NCBI RefSeq assembly: GCF_006345805.1
Contig: NC_043009.1
Coordinates: 21,018,001-21,082,000 of the forward strand
Source of the DNA: Octopus sinensis
Lineage: Eukaryota
Reading direction: 5' to 3'
Length of the DNA stretch: 64,000 nucleotides
Made by a program: the position numbers and the translations under genes. Of this stretch, positions 39,101 to 52,286 are shown in pieces. The notes under the pieces are model-generated. The model was given only the letters and a program-made list of their open reading frames with translations. It did not search any database and was not told the DNA's origin. Position 1 is the stretch's first letter, and every line of letters starts with the position of its first letter.

Positions 39101-40340
39101 CATGCATACGCGCACACCTACACGCATACACACACACACACGCACGTACACATACATACATACACACACGCATACATACACCCATACACATACATGCATC
39201 CTACACACACATACATACACACTCACACATACATACACACACACACACACCTGTATGTACGCGCACACACATGCACATACACACACTTCCCCACACCCAC
39301 ACGTACATACATACACACTCACACACACACACACACACGGACATACATCTATGCACACACATACATACACACATACTCACATACATTCATCGGACACACT
39401 GCCACCCGGACATACACACAGACACACTCACACATCCACACACATACATACTTACGCGCATACTCGCAGGCGCGCGCACGCACGCGCTTGCGCCGGTTCG
39501 CGCACCGCAGGCACCTCGCTCTTGGACCCGACGAGACCTCCCGCCCGTTCCTGGGACCGTCGCGTGTCGTTGGGTTTTCCCACGCCCGTCTCCGCGGGAC
39601 CACTCTTCCATCTTCCCCTCAGCTGGAGTCCTTTTTCCTTAACCCCCCCCTTTTTCGTTACACACACGCGCACACATATACACACATTGCTTAAATATAT
39701 ACATTACTCTTACACACATTCAATCTACTCGCCATTAATACCACCACGACACTGGACACACACACACACTACTACTCAACACACGCTGGCACGCTACATA
39801 CGCCCCCACCCCTTCCCCTCCCTCCCTTCCTCCTTCCTTCTTTTTCTTACTACTGACCTTGTCTGCTAAGCTGACCACTAGTCTCGCCCTACCTCACACG
39901 CCTACACACAGACGCACACACTAACACACACATATATATTTTTGTGTTTTTTCATCTCGCCTCACACACACATATATATTTTTGTGTTTTTTCATCTCGC
40001 CTCACACACACACATACACACACGCACATGCACACACTCACACATACACACACATCTGTTGCGTTACCAACCTTATCTCCACTCTTTTGCCTTTAAAAAC
40101 CCACTTTGCTCTGTTTTCGTAAACATCCGCCTTTCACCATGTGCAACTCGTAAACACCAGTCGTCTTTTTTTCTTTCCCTGTTGCCCGCTCTGGGATCTT
40201 TCTTCTCTCTCTTCCTTCTTTATGTTTCCGACGAAGAGCTCCACTCGAAACGTCATACCTCCCTGCTTCCATTTCCTGAGCGCCTATTAATAATAATACT
40301 GTACATGTTCCATTGTTGTTTTTTTTTGTTTCCCGTTTGG
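36121..40340 (+). mobile_element. 5'-truncated Penelope-like element: RT C-half and GIY-YIG (ends about 37296), 3-kb CA-rich 3' region, terminal repeat with hammerhead
   Basis: AMGTRMGPNFANLFLG, YIDD, FLDI, LIYCIKCNLCGMLYVGQTGRRLSDRFTEH, EQRYIFTLQTTTPHGLN; several frameshifts. Confidence 0.9.
40224..40258 (+). ncRNA. Minimal hammerhead variant at the PLE 3' end (CCGACGA core)
   Basis: GTTT-CCGACGA-A-GAG(CTCCA)CTC-GAA-ACGT-C-ATAC; one stem I mismatch. Confidence 0.55.
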
Positions 40341-40493
40341 ATTAAAATTATATTATATATATATATATGTATATATATATAATATATATATATATGTATA
40401 TTATTATATAATATATATATATGTATATATATATATAATAATATATATATGTATATTATATATATATATATATATGTATTATATATATATAAA

Positions 40494-40547
<54 letters not shown>

Positions 40548-40549
40548 TA

Positions 40550-40595
<46 letters not shown>

Positions 40596-40680
40596 TATAT
40601 ATATATATATAATATATGTATATATATATATATAATATGTATATATGTATATATATATATAATATATATATATATGTATA

Positions 40681-40718
<38 letters not shown>

Positions 40719-40759
40719 TATGTATATATATATATATATGTATATATATATTATATATG

Positions 40760-40797
<38 letters not shown>

Positions 40798-40832
40798 TTG
40801 TATATATATATGTATATATTATATATATTATG

Positions 40833-40886
<54 letters not shown>

Positions 40887-41050
40887 GTATATATATATAA
40901 TATATGTATATATATATATATATATATGTATATATTATATATATATTATATTATATTATATATATGTATATAATATATATATATATGTATTATATATATA
41001 TGTATAATATATTATTATGTAGTATATATATATATGTGTGTATTATATAT

Positions 41051-41094
<44 letters not shown>

Positions 41095-41222
41095 GTGTAT
41101 ATATATATATATGGTATATATATATATATATGTGTATATATATATATATATGTAGTATATATATATATGTAATATATATATATATATATATATATATGAT
41201 TATATATATATATATGTAATGT

Positions 41223-41262
<40 letters not shown>

Positions 41263-41410
41263 GTATATATATATATGTATATATATATATAATGTATATA
41301 TATTATATATATATAATATATATGTATATATATATATATATATATATAATATAATATATTATATATATATATATATATTATATATATATATATAATATAT
41401 AATATATATG

Positions 41411-41450
<40 letters not shown>

Positions 41451-41490
41451 TGTATATATATATATATATATTATATAATATATATATGTG
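40340..41490. repeat. Imperfect (TA)n array, about 1.1 kb
   Basis: Direct reading. Confidence 0.95.
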
Positions 41491-41510
41491 TGTGTGTGTG
41501 TGTGTTGTGT

Positions 41511-41778
41511 AGAGGCGCAATGGCCCAGTGGTTAGGGCAGAGGACTCGCGGTTTCGATTCCCAGCCCAGGTATTGAGCAAAAACACCTAAAGCTCCACAA
41601 GGCTCCAGCAGGGGATGGTGGCGATCCCTGCTGCACTCTTTCACCACAACTTTCTTCTGTTGGCTTGCTTGCTTAGCCAGTGGGGTGGCGTCATTTGAAG
41701 GCCAAAACAAAGCGAAGTGCATTGTGACCAGCGATGTATAGCAACATCTGATAGCCTGGTCGGTCACGTGATCACATG
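41511..41778 (+). mobile_element. tRNA-derived SINE, same family as 2278-2577
   Basis: TGGCCCAGTGG...GGTTTCGATTCC; body matches the first copy. Confidence 0.85.
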
Positions 41779-41976
41779 ATATATATATATATATATATGA
41801 AGTAAAAGTAGTACTAGTATAACAAATATTGTTAAATACATATACTAATGTATATGCTTTGTGTATTTTCCAGTCGCTACAACACTGTAGCAGAGTATAA
41901 AACTCATGTTTCTGGTCTTAAAAACACCTTGGAGCCATAGACAAGCCAGATAACTCACTCTCAATCCCATTTGAGA

Positions 41977-42023
41977 ATTATGGACATTGATGTTTCACCA
42001 TTTTTGTGGCTTATCAACACCAC
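41977..42023 (-). ncRNA. Hammerhead with U3-A8 core (left arm)
   Basis: GTG-TTGATAA-GCCA(CAAAAA)TGGT-GAA-ACA(TCAA)TGT-C-CAT. Confidence 0.6.
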
Positions 42024-42288
42024 TTACCTGACTGTGTTCAAGGTGAGTCAGCTAGCCAGTCCAACGGCTTATATGGTCATGGTCTGTAAAATCATGAGCT
42101 GGTATGCCCAGAAATTGCATACCTAAGAGAAAATTTACATATGAAATAAAAGCAGTTCTGGGTTGAAGGTGAGTCAACCAGCCAGTTCAATGGCTTTCTG
42201 GGCAGACCACCAGCTCATGATTTTACAAGTCATGAGCGTATAAGTCATTGAACTGGCTGGCTGACTTGCCTTCAACCCAGGAGGGGAG

Positions 42289-42335
42289 GTGGTGTTGATA
42301 AACCACAAAAATAGTGAAACAGCAATGTCCATCAC
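42289..42335 (+). ncRNA. Hammerhead with U3-A8 core (right arm)
   Basis: GTGGTG-TTGATAA-ACCA(CAAAAA)TAGT-GAA-ACA(GCAA)TGT-C-CATCAC. Confidence 0.65.
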
Positions 42336-42483
42336 TCTCAAATAGGATTGAGGGTGAGTTATCAGGACTGTCCATGGCTCTCAGGTGTTTTTAACATTGG
42401 CAACATGAGAGTTATATACTCCGCTATGCCATTGCAGCCACCAGAAAATACACAAAGCATATTCATTAGTATATGTATTTAAC

Positions 42484-42515
<32 letters not shown>

Positions 42516-42989
42516 GAACTAGTTATTGAAATGTGAGCATGAGTGTACAACACTGCACAGCTGGATAAATATTTATTTGTGGGTTAACAAGGCTACCAAT
42601 GGTTTTATGTAGAGAGAAATCTCTTAGCAATTACAAAACCTGCCACATGGGAATGTTGGTATCCATATATATATAAAAGAACTTTTTTTATTCTCTCTCT
42701 GTTTATTTTCTTGTGTTCCTTTCTGTTGAAGAGCATAGGGTCAAAATGTAAAAGACTTTTTTACCTTCTCGAACATTAAAGTAATACACCTGTTTGTTGT
42801 TTATACACCTGTCTTTGTCTTTCGTTTTTCTGTAAGTTTCAGATATGTATATATATATATATATCGTTTTCTTAGAAAAACATAATCCTGGAGAAGCACA
42901 CTCTAAGAAGTTGAGCAGTCTATATTTATTACTAGTGAAGGCTGGTTTATAATGTTACCTTGAGTTTCTTGCCATAAAGGGTGCCTTTA

Positions 42990-44220
42990 TAGTGTATCTT
43001 CACACCCTAAGACCTGTTGACCTATAGCCTCTATAGAGGGGGAAACAGTACAGATACAAATAATGGGGATTATCTTCGTTTGCTGCTGGTCATTGGCTTC
43101 CAGCTGTGTCATCCTCCTTCAGCTACGCCACCTGTTGGCTATGAGGGTAAAAGATAGCGAGTAATCTCCCACTCTCATCATCAATCAATTTCCAGCTGAG
43201 GTGTAATTATTGCTAAGACTGCTATTCTCACTATTGTACAGTTCCCAAAATGCTAACAGGAATCTTCTGAAATACAAGCATGGCCTGAAAATCTCTGTTC
43301 TGGAATTCAGTATGGTTCCTGGTATATGTGAGTTTTTTAGGATTTCCATGTGTTTGGCTACACACAGCTTGCAGCATTTCATTCCATTGATGTACAGACT
43401 CAGATGGTGAAGGATTTTCCATGATATCGAGTATGGAATTCCATCTTCCTTCAGTTGCCAGATATGGCTGGCCAGCGATGTTACATATCTCCTTTCTGGG
43501 ACCCTGAAGGAGGATCTATGGTTTAAGAAAGACGTTTCTTAAAGGAAGTTCCCGTGCATCCAATGTATTTCTTTGGATGTGTGGAGTTTGGTGTCATGTA
43601 GTTATCAATGTTGTTGCAACAGCAGCAGTGGTAGCAGCAACAACAGCAATAGTGGGCCTGACACCAACTCCACGCATCCAAAGAAATACATTGGATGCAC
43701 AGGAATTTCCTTTAAGAAACGTCTCCTTATGGCTCCCAGAAGGGAGATATGTAACATCGCTGGCCAGCCATATTTGGCAACTGAAGGAAGATGGAATTCC
43801 ATACTTGATAACATTGAAAATCCTCCACCATCCAGGTTCGTACATCAATGGAACAAAATGCATAGCTGAACACATGGAAATCCTGAAAAACTCATACTGA
43901 ACTCCAGAACAGAAATTTTCAGGCTGTGCTTACATTTTAGGAGATTCCTGTAAGTGTTTTGGGAACCACATAATAGTGAGAATAGTGATAATAGCGGTAT
44001 TAGCAATAATTACTCCACAGCTGGAAATTGGTTGAGAGATAAACCCCAACCTTTTACCCACATAGCCGACAGGTGGTGTAGCTGAAGGAAGATGACTCAG
44101 CTGGAAGCCAACAACCAGCTGCAAAGGGAGATAATCCCAATTGTTTGTATCTGTATCGTGTCCCCTTCCACATTTTAAAGAGGCCATAGGCCAACAGGTC
44201 TTAGGGTCTTAAGATACACC
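42990..44220. mobile_element. Inverted duplication of a Penelope-like 3' end (GIY-YIG C-terminus and 3' UTR), about 590-bp arms, short spacer
   Basis: KKYIGCTGISFKKRL, TSLASHIWQLKEDGIPY...EHMEILK...LNSRTEIFRPC on both strands, diverging from about 43590-43650. Confidence 0.85.
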
Positions 44221-44249
44221 ACCACAGTTGGCTAGTTTGCAAAATGCAG

Positions 44250-44500
44250 ATGGAACATTTAAAAGCTTGCTATGCTAAAAGTTTTGTGTTAAACTGGGAA
44301 AAAGTGCAGTAGTAGCTTATAAAATACTCCAGACTGCTTCTGGATTCAATTTTTCATAGGCACAAAAAGTTCAAGAATGGTAAAGAGGAGGCGAGAAGAT
44401 GATGAAAGATGTGGAAGGGAGGGGGATGTCAAAACATCAGAAGTGTTTGAGAAAATTTGCAATTTTCTGGATAAAGAACATATGTCTAATCCACACTAAC
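44250..44500 (+). mobile_element. Mariner transposase N-terminal fragment
   Basis: KFCVKLGKSAVVAYKILQTA...QEW. Confidence 0.6.
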
Positions 44501-44619
44501 CTGAAAAAATGGCCATAAAATCAATTGTAATTGGAAGATGCAGAGGATCCATAAAAACTAGACACACTCAGCAAATTCTCTCAAATGCCCTGGTGGCTCA
44601 TTAGAGGTAAGAAATAATT

Positions 44620-45440
44620 TCTGCTACCTAGGGGACAAAATTAGTTGTGAGGGGAGGATGCACAGAGAGTGTAATAGCTGGAATACAAATAGGAGCGAGG
44701 AAATTCAAAAAGCGTTTATCTCTGTTGGCTATGAAAGGTTTCTCTCTTTGAGTGAAAGGAAGATTGTATGATGCATGTATAGGGACAGCAATTCTACATA
44801 TTAATGAGATGTGGGCCCTGAATACAGGGAACATGTGAAGGTGTGAGGGTGGTATGAGGCTAGTATGCTCCGTTGGATGTGTAATGTAAGTGTACATGTT
44901 TGACAGAGTGCTAGTGTACTGAGAGAGAAGTTAGGCATAAGAAGAATTTGTTGCTGTGTGCAAGAGAGAAGACTGCACTGGTTTGGTCATGTGATGCAGA
45001 TGGATGCTAACTGCTCCATAAAGAAATGTAGATCTCTCAGAGAAGGCGGAACACATAGAAGAGGGAAATCCAGGAAGATGTGAGATGAAGTACTGAAGGA
45101 TGACCACAGGACATTAAACCTTTCAGATAAGGTGACAAAGGACTGGGATGTTTGATACCTTGCTATACTCAAGAAGACCCGTACTCCACAGCAGAAGTGT
45201 TAAGTCTGCTCTCTTGGTGAAGAGCATCAGCAGGCAAAAGTCCTGTGCTGGTTCCATGTAAAAGGCCCCTAGCATATTTTGTAAAATGGTTGGCATTAAG
45301 AAGGGCATCCAGCCATAGAAACCATACCAAATCAGACTGAAGCCTGATGCATCTCTCCAGCAGCTTGCCAGCGCTGGTCAAACCATCCAACCCATGCTAG
45401 CATGGACAATGGACGTTCAATGATGATGATGATGATGACA
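44620..45440 (+). mobile_element. Degenerate RTE 3' fragment with tail
   Basis: LREKLGIRRI...WFGHV, GKSRKM; (GAT)n end. Confidence 0.75.
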
Positions 45441-45875
45441 TTCATTTATTTTACACCAAATTTTCCATGCTAGTAGGGGCTAAGAGGAATATATTATTCA
45501 GGCATGTCCGTTTTTGTCACTAACATGCTTAAGTGAGAAATATTCTATGTTGTTTCAGGACAAATTGACTCTATCGAACTGTTGCAGACATTCTTTAAAG
45601 TAAAGTTTTTTTGGTTTTTAATTTTGAAGCCTTTGCTATAGAATGGTTAATGTATATAACCATTCTTTACTACCACATATATTTTACTTCTTTTATTATT
45701 TCTTAAAATATGTTGGATGTATTTTTGTTTCTTGCACTTACATCGATTCCTTCCAACCATTTTATTCAATCTTTATACAATATTTAAGAACGTTTACTTC
45801 TATTTTCAGTTCTTATATGGCCTTTTATCAACCAGATTATAAGTTACTAATAATCTTATTTGAAATTATTTCATA

Positions 45876-46256
45876 CTAGCAGTATCGCCCAGTGTTGCTT
45901 GGGTTTGATTCGACCCTTTAGAATTGGAATTTTTGAAAAGTAAAAATTTTGCATTATGTGGCTTCTTTAAATGAACATTTTTCTGGTGGAAATACACCGA
46001 AAAATGGTGACACAGCAGTCAAAAAATCGTAAAAAATAGGGATTTTCATAGAAAAAAAGCACCTTTTTGATGTAAATAATTTTTGGAGTTAACATGGTCA
46101 GATTTGAATTTTTTTTTATGGAAGGAAGAGCAAGCCTTCTTCTATCATACTCTCAATTTTGATCAACTTGCGCCACAGGGTCTCGGAGATAATGTTAGTT
46201 GAAGGCTACCAAACCGGCCATACACAGACAACTTCAGCTTTATATATATAGAGAGA
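45876..46256 (-). mobile_element. Non-autonomous Helitron-like element
   Basis: Minus: A|TCTCTCTATATATAAAGCTGAAGTTG...CCCAAGCAACACTGGG...CTAG|T. Confidence 0.8.
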
Positions 46257-46369
46257 TTAATATTCTTATTTGAAACTCTTACTTCAACTCTGAATTGTAT
46301 TTTTGTCTTTTCCTTTTTATCTTAGCCACATGTACTTTTCCCATAATGTTACACATGATGCTGCAGCCT

Positions 46370-47245
46370 TGGAGATGGCCGAAGGTCTGGATGTCCTGCA
46401 ACTGTCACCACTGAGGAGAACATTGATCATGCCGATGGGTGACAGGCAACTGACTATAAATCAAGTGGCCAATGTTACTAGCATAACATGTAAGAGAGTT
46501 GAGAATATTCTGCACAACAAACTTGGCATGACAAAGCCTCTGCTCAGTGAGTGCCACCATCAGATAAAAAGTGCACCAGGCTGATCACATCATGGGGAAA
46601 TGTGATAGTGAGGCAGCTTCAGCTGACTTCTTTGAATGTTTCCTAAGCCAGGATGAGTGCTGGCTTCATCAGTTTGAATCAGAGACAAAGAGACAAACCA
46701 TGCAATGGAAACACCCTTCCTCACCTGCTCCAAAGAAGGCTAACATCGTTTCAACTGCAAGGAAGGTGATGGCCTCAGGTTTATGGGATGTAAAAGGCAT
46801 TATGCTTATTTAATATCTTCAAAGGGGCCAAAACATCAATGGTGAGTACTATGCCACCTTGCTAAGGCATTTCTGAAGGGCTATCAAGATGAAACGTCCA
46901 GGTAAACTTGCTTTATCAGGACAATGCTCCAGCACACAATGGCTGCTGTACGTGACTGTGACTTTGAAGTGGTTGACCACCATCCTGTTCCTGAAGATGA
47001 AAAAACACTTGGTTGGACATCAGTATCACAGTGATGAGGATGTCATGTCTGCTGTTGATGACTTTTTTAACTGATAGCATGAAAGCTTCTTCACCAGTGG
47101 AATTCAAAGACTGCAACATCCAATGGAAAAAGTGGGTGGACTGCAACGGGGGAGTATGTTGAAAAATAAACCTCATCTTGTCACGTTCATAAGCTGACTG
47201 AAATACTCTCAGTCAGCTTATGAACTTTTCAGCCAACCTTCGTAC
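46370..47245 (+). mobile_element. Defective mariner (irritans-like) with right end
   Basis: DRQLTINQVA, SQDECWLHQFESETKRQTMQW, KVMASGLWD; terminus ttcagccaaccttcgTA. Confidence 0.85.
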
Positions 47246-47989
47246 AAACTGTCAGTGTAATTGTTTTATTGCTTAGTTACTTCTCATTTCCCCTTTCCTT
47301 TTTCTTCTTCTTTTCTCTTTTGCCTTTGCCTTTTATATAAAGAAGGTTTATTATTTATTTACTTGTTTTTTGACATCCATTCACAACAGTTGTAATTTTC
47401 CTGGCATATTTTTCCTAAAACTTAATTTCTAAAACAATTCTTCCCTTTACTGCAATCTCTATGTCTATTACCATGTGAATTATGTCATTCAGTTTTATTC
47501 TACTTTGACTTGTTTTCAATACTTATATTATTTCTTATCAGTGGTCATTTTTTTCTATCCAAAAAATTTCAGTCAGTTTTAAATGTTTGATTGATAAGTT
47601 ATCAAATGGCTATCACTTCCCCATTTATAAGCATTGTGTTGTCTCAAAAGTTTACTTCTGTCTGATGCTTGTTTAGATGAAACTCTGAGTAATAGTTTAT
47701 GAAGTTTTCAGCTTTATTAAAACATTACATTTTACTTTACTCTTGGTACTCAAGTGCCATTTTCTAATCCTTGTTTGTAACTATGTTCTTCTTTACATTC
47801 CGGTTCCAACATTTCGCATGACTTTATTCATTGAAACTTCGGTTGTTGTGTGTTTTGTCATTGTAATGTTGTCATCATGCACAAAACACCAGCTTCCAAA
47901 TCCTGTTTTCTGATTGGGTAAAAAATATCAAACTTTAATCCTCTGTAACATTTTTCTAAAATTTTTCTGGAACAAGTAAAAATTGATAT

Positions 47990-48655
47990 CAGGAAGGAAT
48001 GCGGGGTAAAGCCAGGAAGACATGGGATGGGGTGGTCAAGCATGACCTTTGAACGTTGAGCCTCACAGAGGCAATGACAAAAGACCAAGACCTGTGGAGA
48101 TATGCTGTGACTGCAAAGACCCGACAAATAAACTGAGTTCATGGCATATCCTACACCAGTTTCACATAACCAGTCCCAGCCCATTCAAAGTACCTTGGAT
48201 CATAGGGTGACCTGCTGTGCTTACCTTGGATTGTAGGGTGACCTGCTGTGCTTGAGGAGACCTATTGAGTCAAGTACATCAACATCAAAATAAAAATCAA
48301 ATGGAAATTTTAGTTGTGATACCCATGCCAGTGGCACGTAAAAAGCACCATCTGAATGTGGCTGATGCCAGTGCTGCCTTAACTGGCTTCTGTGCCAATG
48401 GCACGTAAAAAGCACCAACCGATCGTGGCCATTGCCAGCCTTCTCTAGCCCCTGTGCTGGTGGCACGTAAAAAGCACCCACTACACTCATGGAGTGGTTG
48501 GTGTTAGGAAGGGTGTCCAGCTGTAGAAACACTGCCAGATCAGACTGGAGCCTGGTGCAGCCACCTGGCTTCCCAGACCCCGGTAGAACCGTCCAACCCA
48601 TGCTAGCATGGAAAGCGGACGTTAAACGATGATGATGATGATGATGATGATGCAT
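47990..48655. mobile_element. Two RTE 3'-end fragments in opposite orientation
   Basis: + strand ORF-end piece 47990-48130; minus-strand 3' UTR and (GAT)n tail 48180-48655. Confidence 0.75.
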
Positions 48656-50147
48656 CATGAGAAAACCCATCAGTAAACTAAATTTGAAAATTTTCACCTA
48701 ATTTTAAAATTTCAAAAAGTGAAGCCAAACTGTAAGGATCCAGCTTGGCCACTGATATTGTTTGAGAGTTCCTGTACAAACTTGAGATGTGAGGGAAGTT
48801 TGTTCCCTAAGGATATCACAGAGAGACAACATCAACAAGTCAGCCACATCTGTCTCATCATAGCTTTCCTTAGATAAGTGAACATTAGGGCTCCTGCTTG
48901 TTTTGACTCGGTAGCGATTGTTATAACAGAAAAACACCCCCAAAAAACAAAAAAACAACAATAACAAAACCCCCAAAACATCTCAGCATTGATTGCTCTT
49001 CTAATTTTAAAGTGTCTGAAACTGCAGCAAATTTTTTAAAGTTCAGAGCTTTCAATTTGTTTGGATAAAATAAGAGATATGTTTATCTGATTGCAGTAAA
49101 GGGAAGAATTGTTTTAGAAATTAAAGTTTTAGGAAAAATATGTCATAAAAATTACGACTGTTGTGAATGGATGTCAAAAAACAAGTAAATAAATAATAAA
49201 CCTTCTTTATATAAAAGGCAAAGGCAAAAGAGAAAAGAAGAAGAAAAAGGAAAGGGGAAATGAGAAGTAACTAAGCAATAAAACAATTACACTGACAGTT
49301 TGTACGAAGGTTGGCTGAAAAGTTCATAAGCTACTGTCATGGAACGTGACAAAATGAGGTTTATTCCTTTACCTGGTGGTCCTTGATAACAGTGTTTCAT
49401 GGATTAGCCTTGATCATCTTGAATATTCCACAGTATGGACACTATAAAAAAAACACATATGCAAAAAAAAACAACAAAAAAAAAAACAAAACAAAACAAG
49501 AACACTAACAGCAACAGTACCTTCAATATAAATTTATAATTTGCCCTCAGACTTATGTTTTTTTTTTTTCCAGTTTCACCACTACAGCCAAGCTGTAGAG
49601 ATAAGAAGTTCTTCTATTCCATATTTAAATGTAGGTACTTCTGTTGATTCTGCTAGTCGAAATAAAATGGAAGTGAAATGGTCAAGAATATTATACAGCA
49701 ATGTTCATGATATTTATTTGTGATGTGAAGATAATGGCAAATAATAGAGAAATAAAAAACTGAAGCCGAAGCTGAAGAAATGTTAACAATACAGATATTG
49801 TAATGATGAAAATAAATTCAAATAAAAACTTATTATATAGAATTGATGGATATTATAAAAAATTCAGCAATGTAAAATTTATTGAAATATTTTTGATATA
49901 AAAAAGCCCTTAAGTTTACAAATAATAATATTGTGTTGCAAATTTCATCAGCAAATGTTCATTTTTATTGCATTTTTATTGAACATGGAAAAAAAAAATC
50001 ATTAAAAGCTTGAAAAACATTTTCAGCAGCATAATATGTAGAAATTCAGAGATGTTGTATCAACTCAGAGTTTACAACTAACTTCAATTTAAGCAGCAAT
50101 ACATATATAAAAAAAAAAAAAAATGTTTGTGGAAGATATGCAAGTGT

Positions 50148-50199
<52 letters not shown>

Positions 50200-50429
50200 T
50201 AATAATAATAATCCTTTCTGCTATAGGCTGAAATTTTTTTTGGGGGGGGGTGGGGGGGGTGGCTAGTTGAGTACATCGACCCCAGTGCGTAACGTACTTA
50301 TTTCATTGACTCTGAAAGGATGATGGGCAAAGTCAAATCTTCGCAGAACTTGAACTCAGAATGTAATGATGGATGAAATGCCGCTAAGCATTTTTCCCAG
50401 CATGCAAACAATTCTGCTAGCTCACTGCC

Positions 50430-50483
<54 letters not shown>

Positions 50484-50870
50484 GAAATTATAAAAATAAA
50501 AATAAATAATTATAAATTCCGCAATGATTATCTAATTACAATTAATTACAGATTTGTTTCAATGTAAAAAAAAAGGTCTTTATTAAAGCTGTAAAATCAT
50601 TGAGTCTTATCAATATGTATTGTACACTGGCAAAATGAAAACTTCTGCAAAAGTATTTTCAAACTTAAAAGAGAAAAGCTTCTGTATAGTTTCCATTTAA
50701 CTGCATTTTTCAGTGACATTTACAAAGAAAAAAGTGTGTTGAGCCATTTCATAGATTTATTTCAAATATGAAAATAAAATTTCATTCCTACAATCTTCAA
50801 AATAAAAGTGACTGTGTTTTCAGTAAAATTAAATTTTCCCAGGAAGAATAAGCATTTTTCACATATAAGA

Positions 50871-50917
<47 letters not shown>

Positions 50918-52242
50918 CAAGAATATACATATACATATTATAATTTAATATATACATGTATATATTATATACATATATATGTATATACACACACACACAC
51001 ATATATATATATATACAAATATATATATATATGTGTGTGTGTGTGTGTATTTTATATAAATACACACACACATACACACACACACACATATTAATGTTTC
51101 TTTTTATGTGAAGTTATATATAAAAACCATTTAACATTAAACTGAGGGATTACTCAATACTTTTTTGTAGAGTATATATTTATTAATTTTTAAAAGGAAA
51201 AAGTTGATAGTGACTTTGAAGTATCAGCTTGCTTACCATCAAGAGACTGACGGTGGCAAGTGAGTCAAAACTTTGAAGTCACTGTACACCTAACCCTTGT
51301 AACTTAAATGCTAAAGATGAATATTTTATGAAGTGAAATTTGAAACTAACAAATATAAATGAATATTATGAATGAAAAAGTAGGACATGATATTAAGAAT
51401 GAGGTGAAAATCAGCAGTTGATAAGATCAGCTCAAATAATGAAGTTGAAGCGAATACATATGACCAAAATAATCAAGTTGGCACTTAATGCAAAGGTTTA
51501 TCTGATTTGATATATTTTGGTCAGATTAGAGAATCTCAACAGCATACTTAAAATTCAAGCTAGGTATGTATCTTAATAATAGACTGAATTAAAAGAGATG
51601 CTATGTATAACCTCCTACATAGAAATAGGCAGTTTTGGAATAAAGGAATAGCAATTTAAGTATGAGATGGGATGTTTGCAAAGGCATAACTAAAGAGAAG
51701 AAAAAAAAAGATTAAAAAACAACAAAAATAAAACAGTGAAGAGCATTAAAGCCTTAAACATGATATTTATATAATTAAAACAATAATTAATGACTGCAAA
51801 TAGCTAAGATATGAAGAATTATCCAGAGTACTTATATGCATATTGTATGGTTATGTAAATGTCTGTCATACATTTATTTATAGAGCTATATGTATATTTA
51901 TGTCTATTCTACATCTACAGGTGTATTACCTGTATATTTATATGTCCATATATGTACATATATATATGACCATCACATGTCTGCTCATATGCTTATTCTT
52001 TGTATGTTCCCTATATAGCAGTCTTTCGTCTGTTATATTTCTGTAAGTAAAACATGTCTATTTATGTGTTATATATCTGTATACCTTTCACATGTCAACA
52101 TGTAATATACATGTTTTATATTTTTATTTATGCTTCTTATACATCTATTTTATCTATATATTTATTTATATATCTGTTTAATGATATGAGTTGATATGTT
52201 TAATTATAAGTATATTTATGTGTGTGTGTGTATGTATGTATG

Positions 52243-52276
<34 letters not shown>

Positions 52277-52286
<10 letters not shown>

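Larger units (their letters stand above)
41831..42483. repeat. Diverged foldback (about 285-bp arms with a nested inner hairpin) carrying a U3-A8 hammerhead in each arm
   Basis: 41831-42113 versus about 42190-42483; inner hairpin 42158-42280. Confidence 0.8.

Noticed and set aside
37469-39869. Many long ORFs (up to 473 aa) rich in H/T or C/V
   Set aside because: Translations of (CA)n/(TG)n microsatellite, which lacks stop codons in several frames
40616-41586. I/Y-rich ORFs
   Set aside because: (TA)n array artefacts
43090-43200. Hammerhead in the 43-44 kb PLE arms
   Set aside because: TTGATGA and CTGAAGG are present but there is no properly placed GAAA/stem III
47460-48976. Decayed coding-like frames inside the inverted duplication
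   Set aside because: Multiple stops and frameshifts, and no family could be recognised
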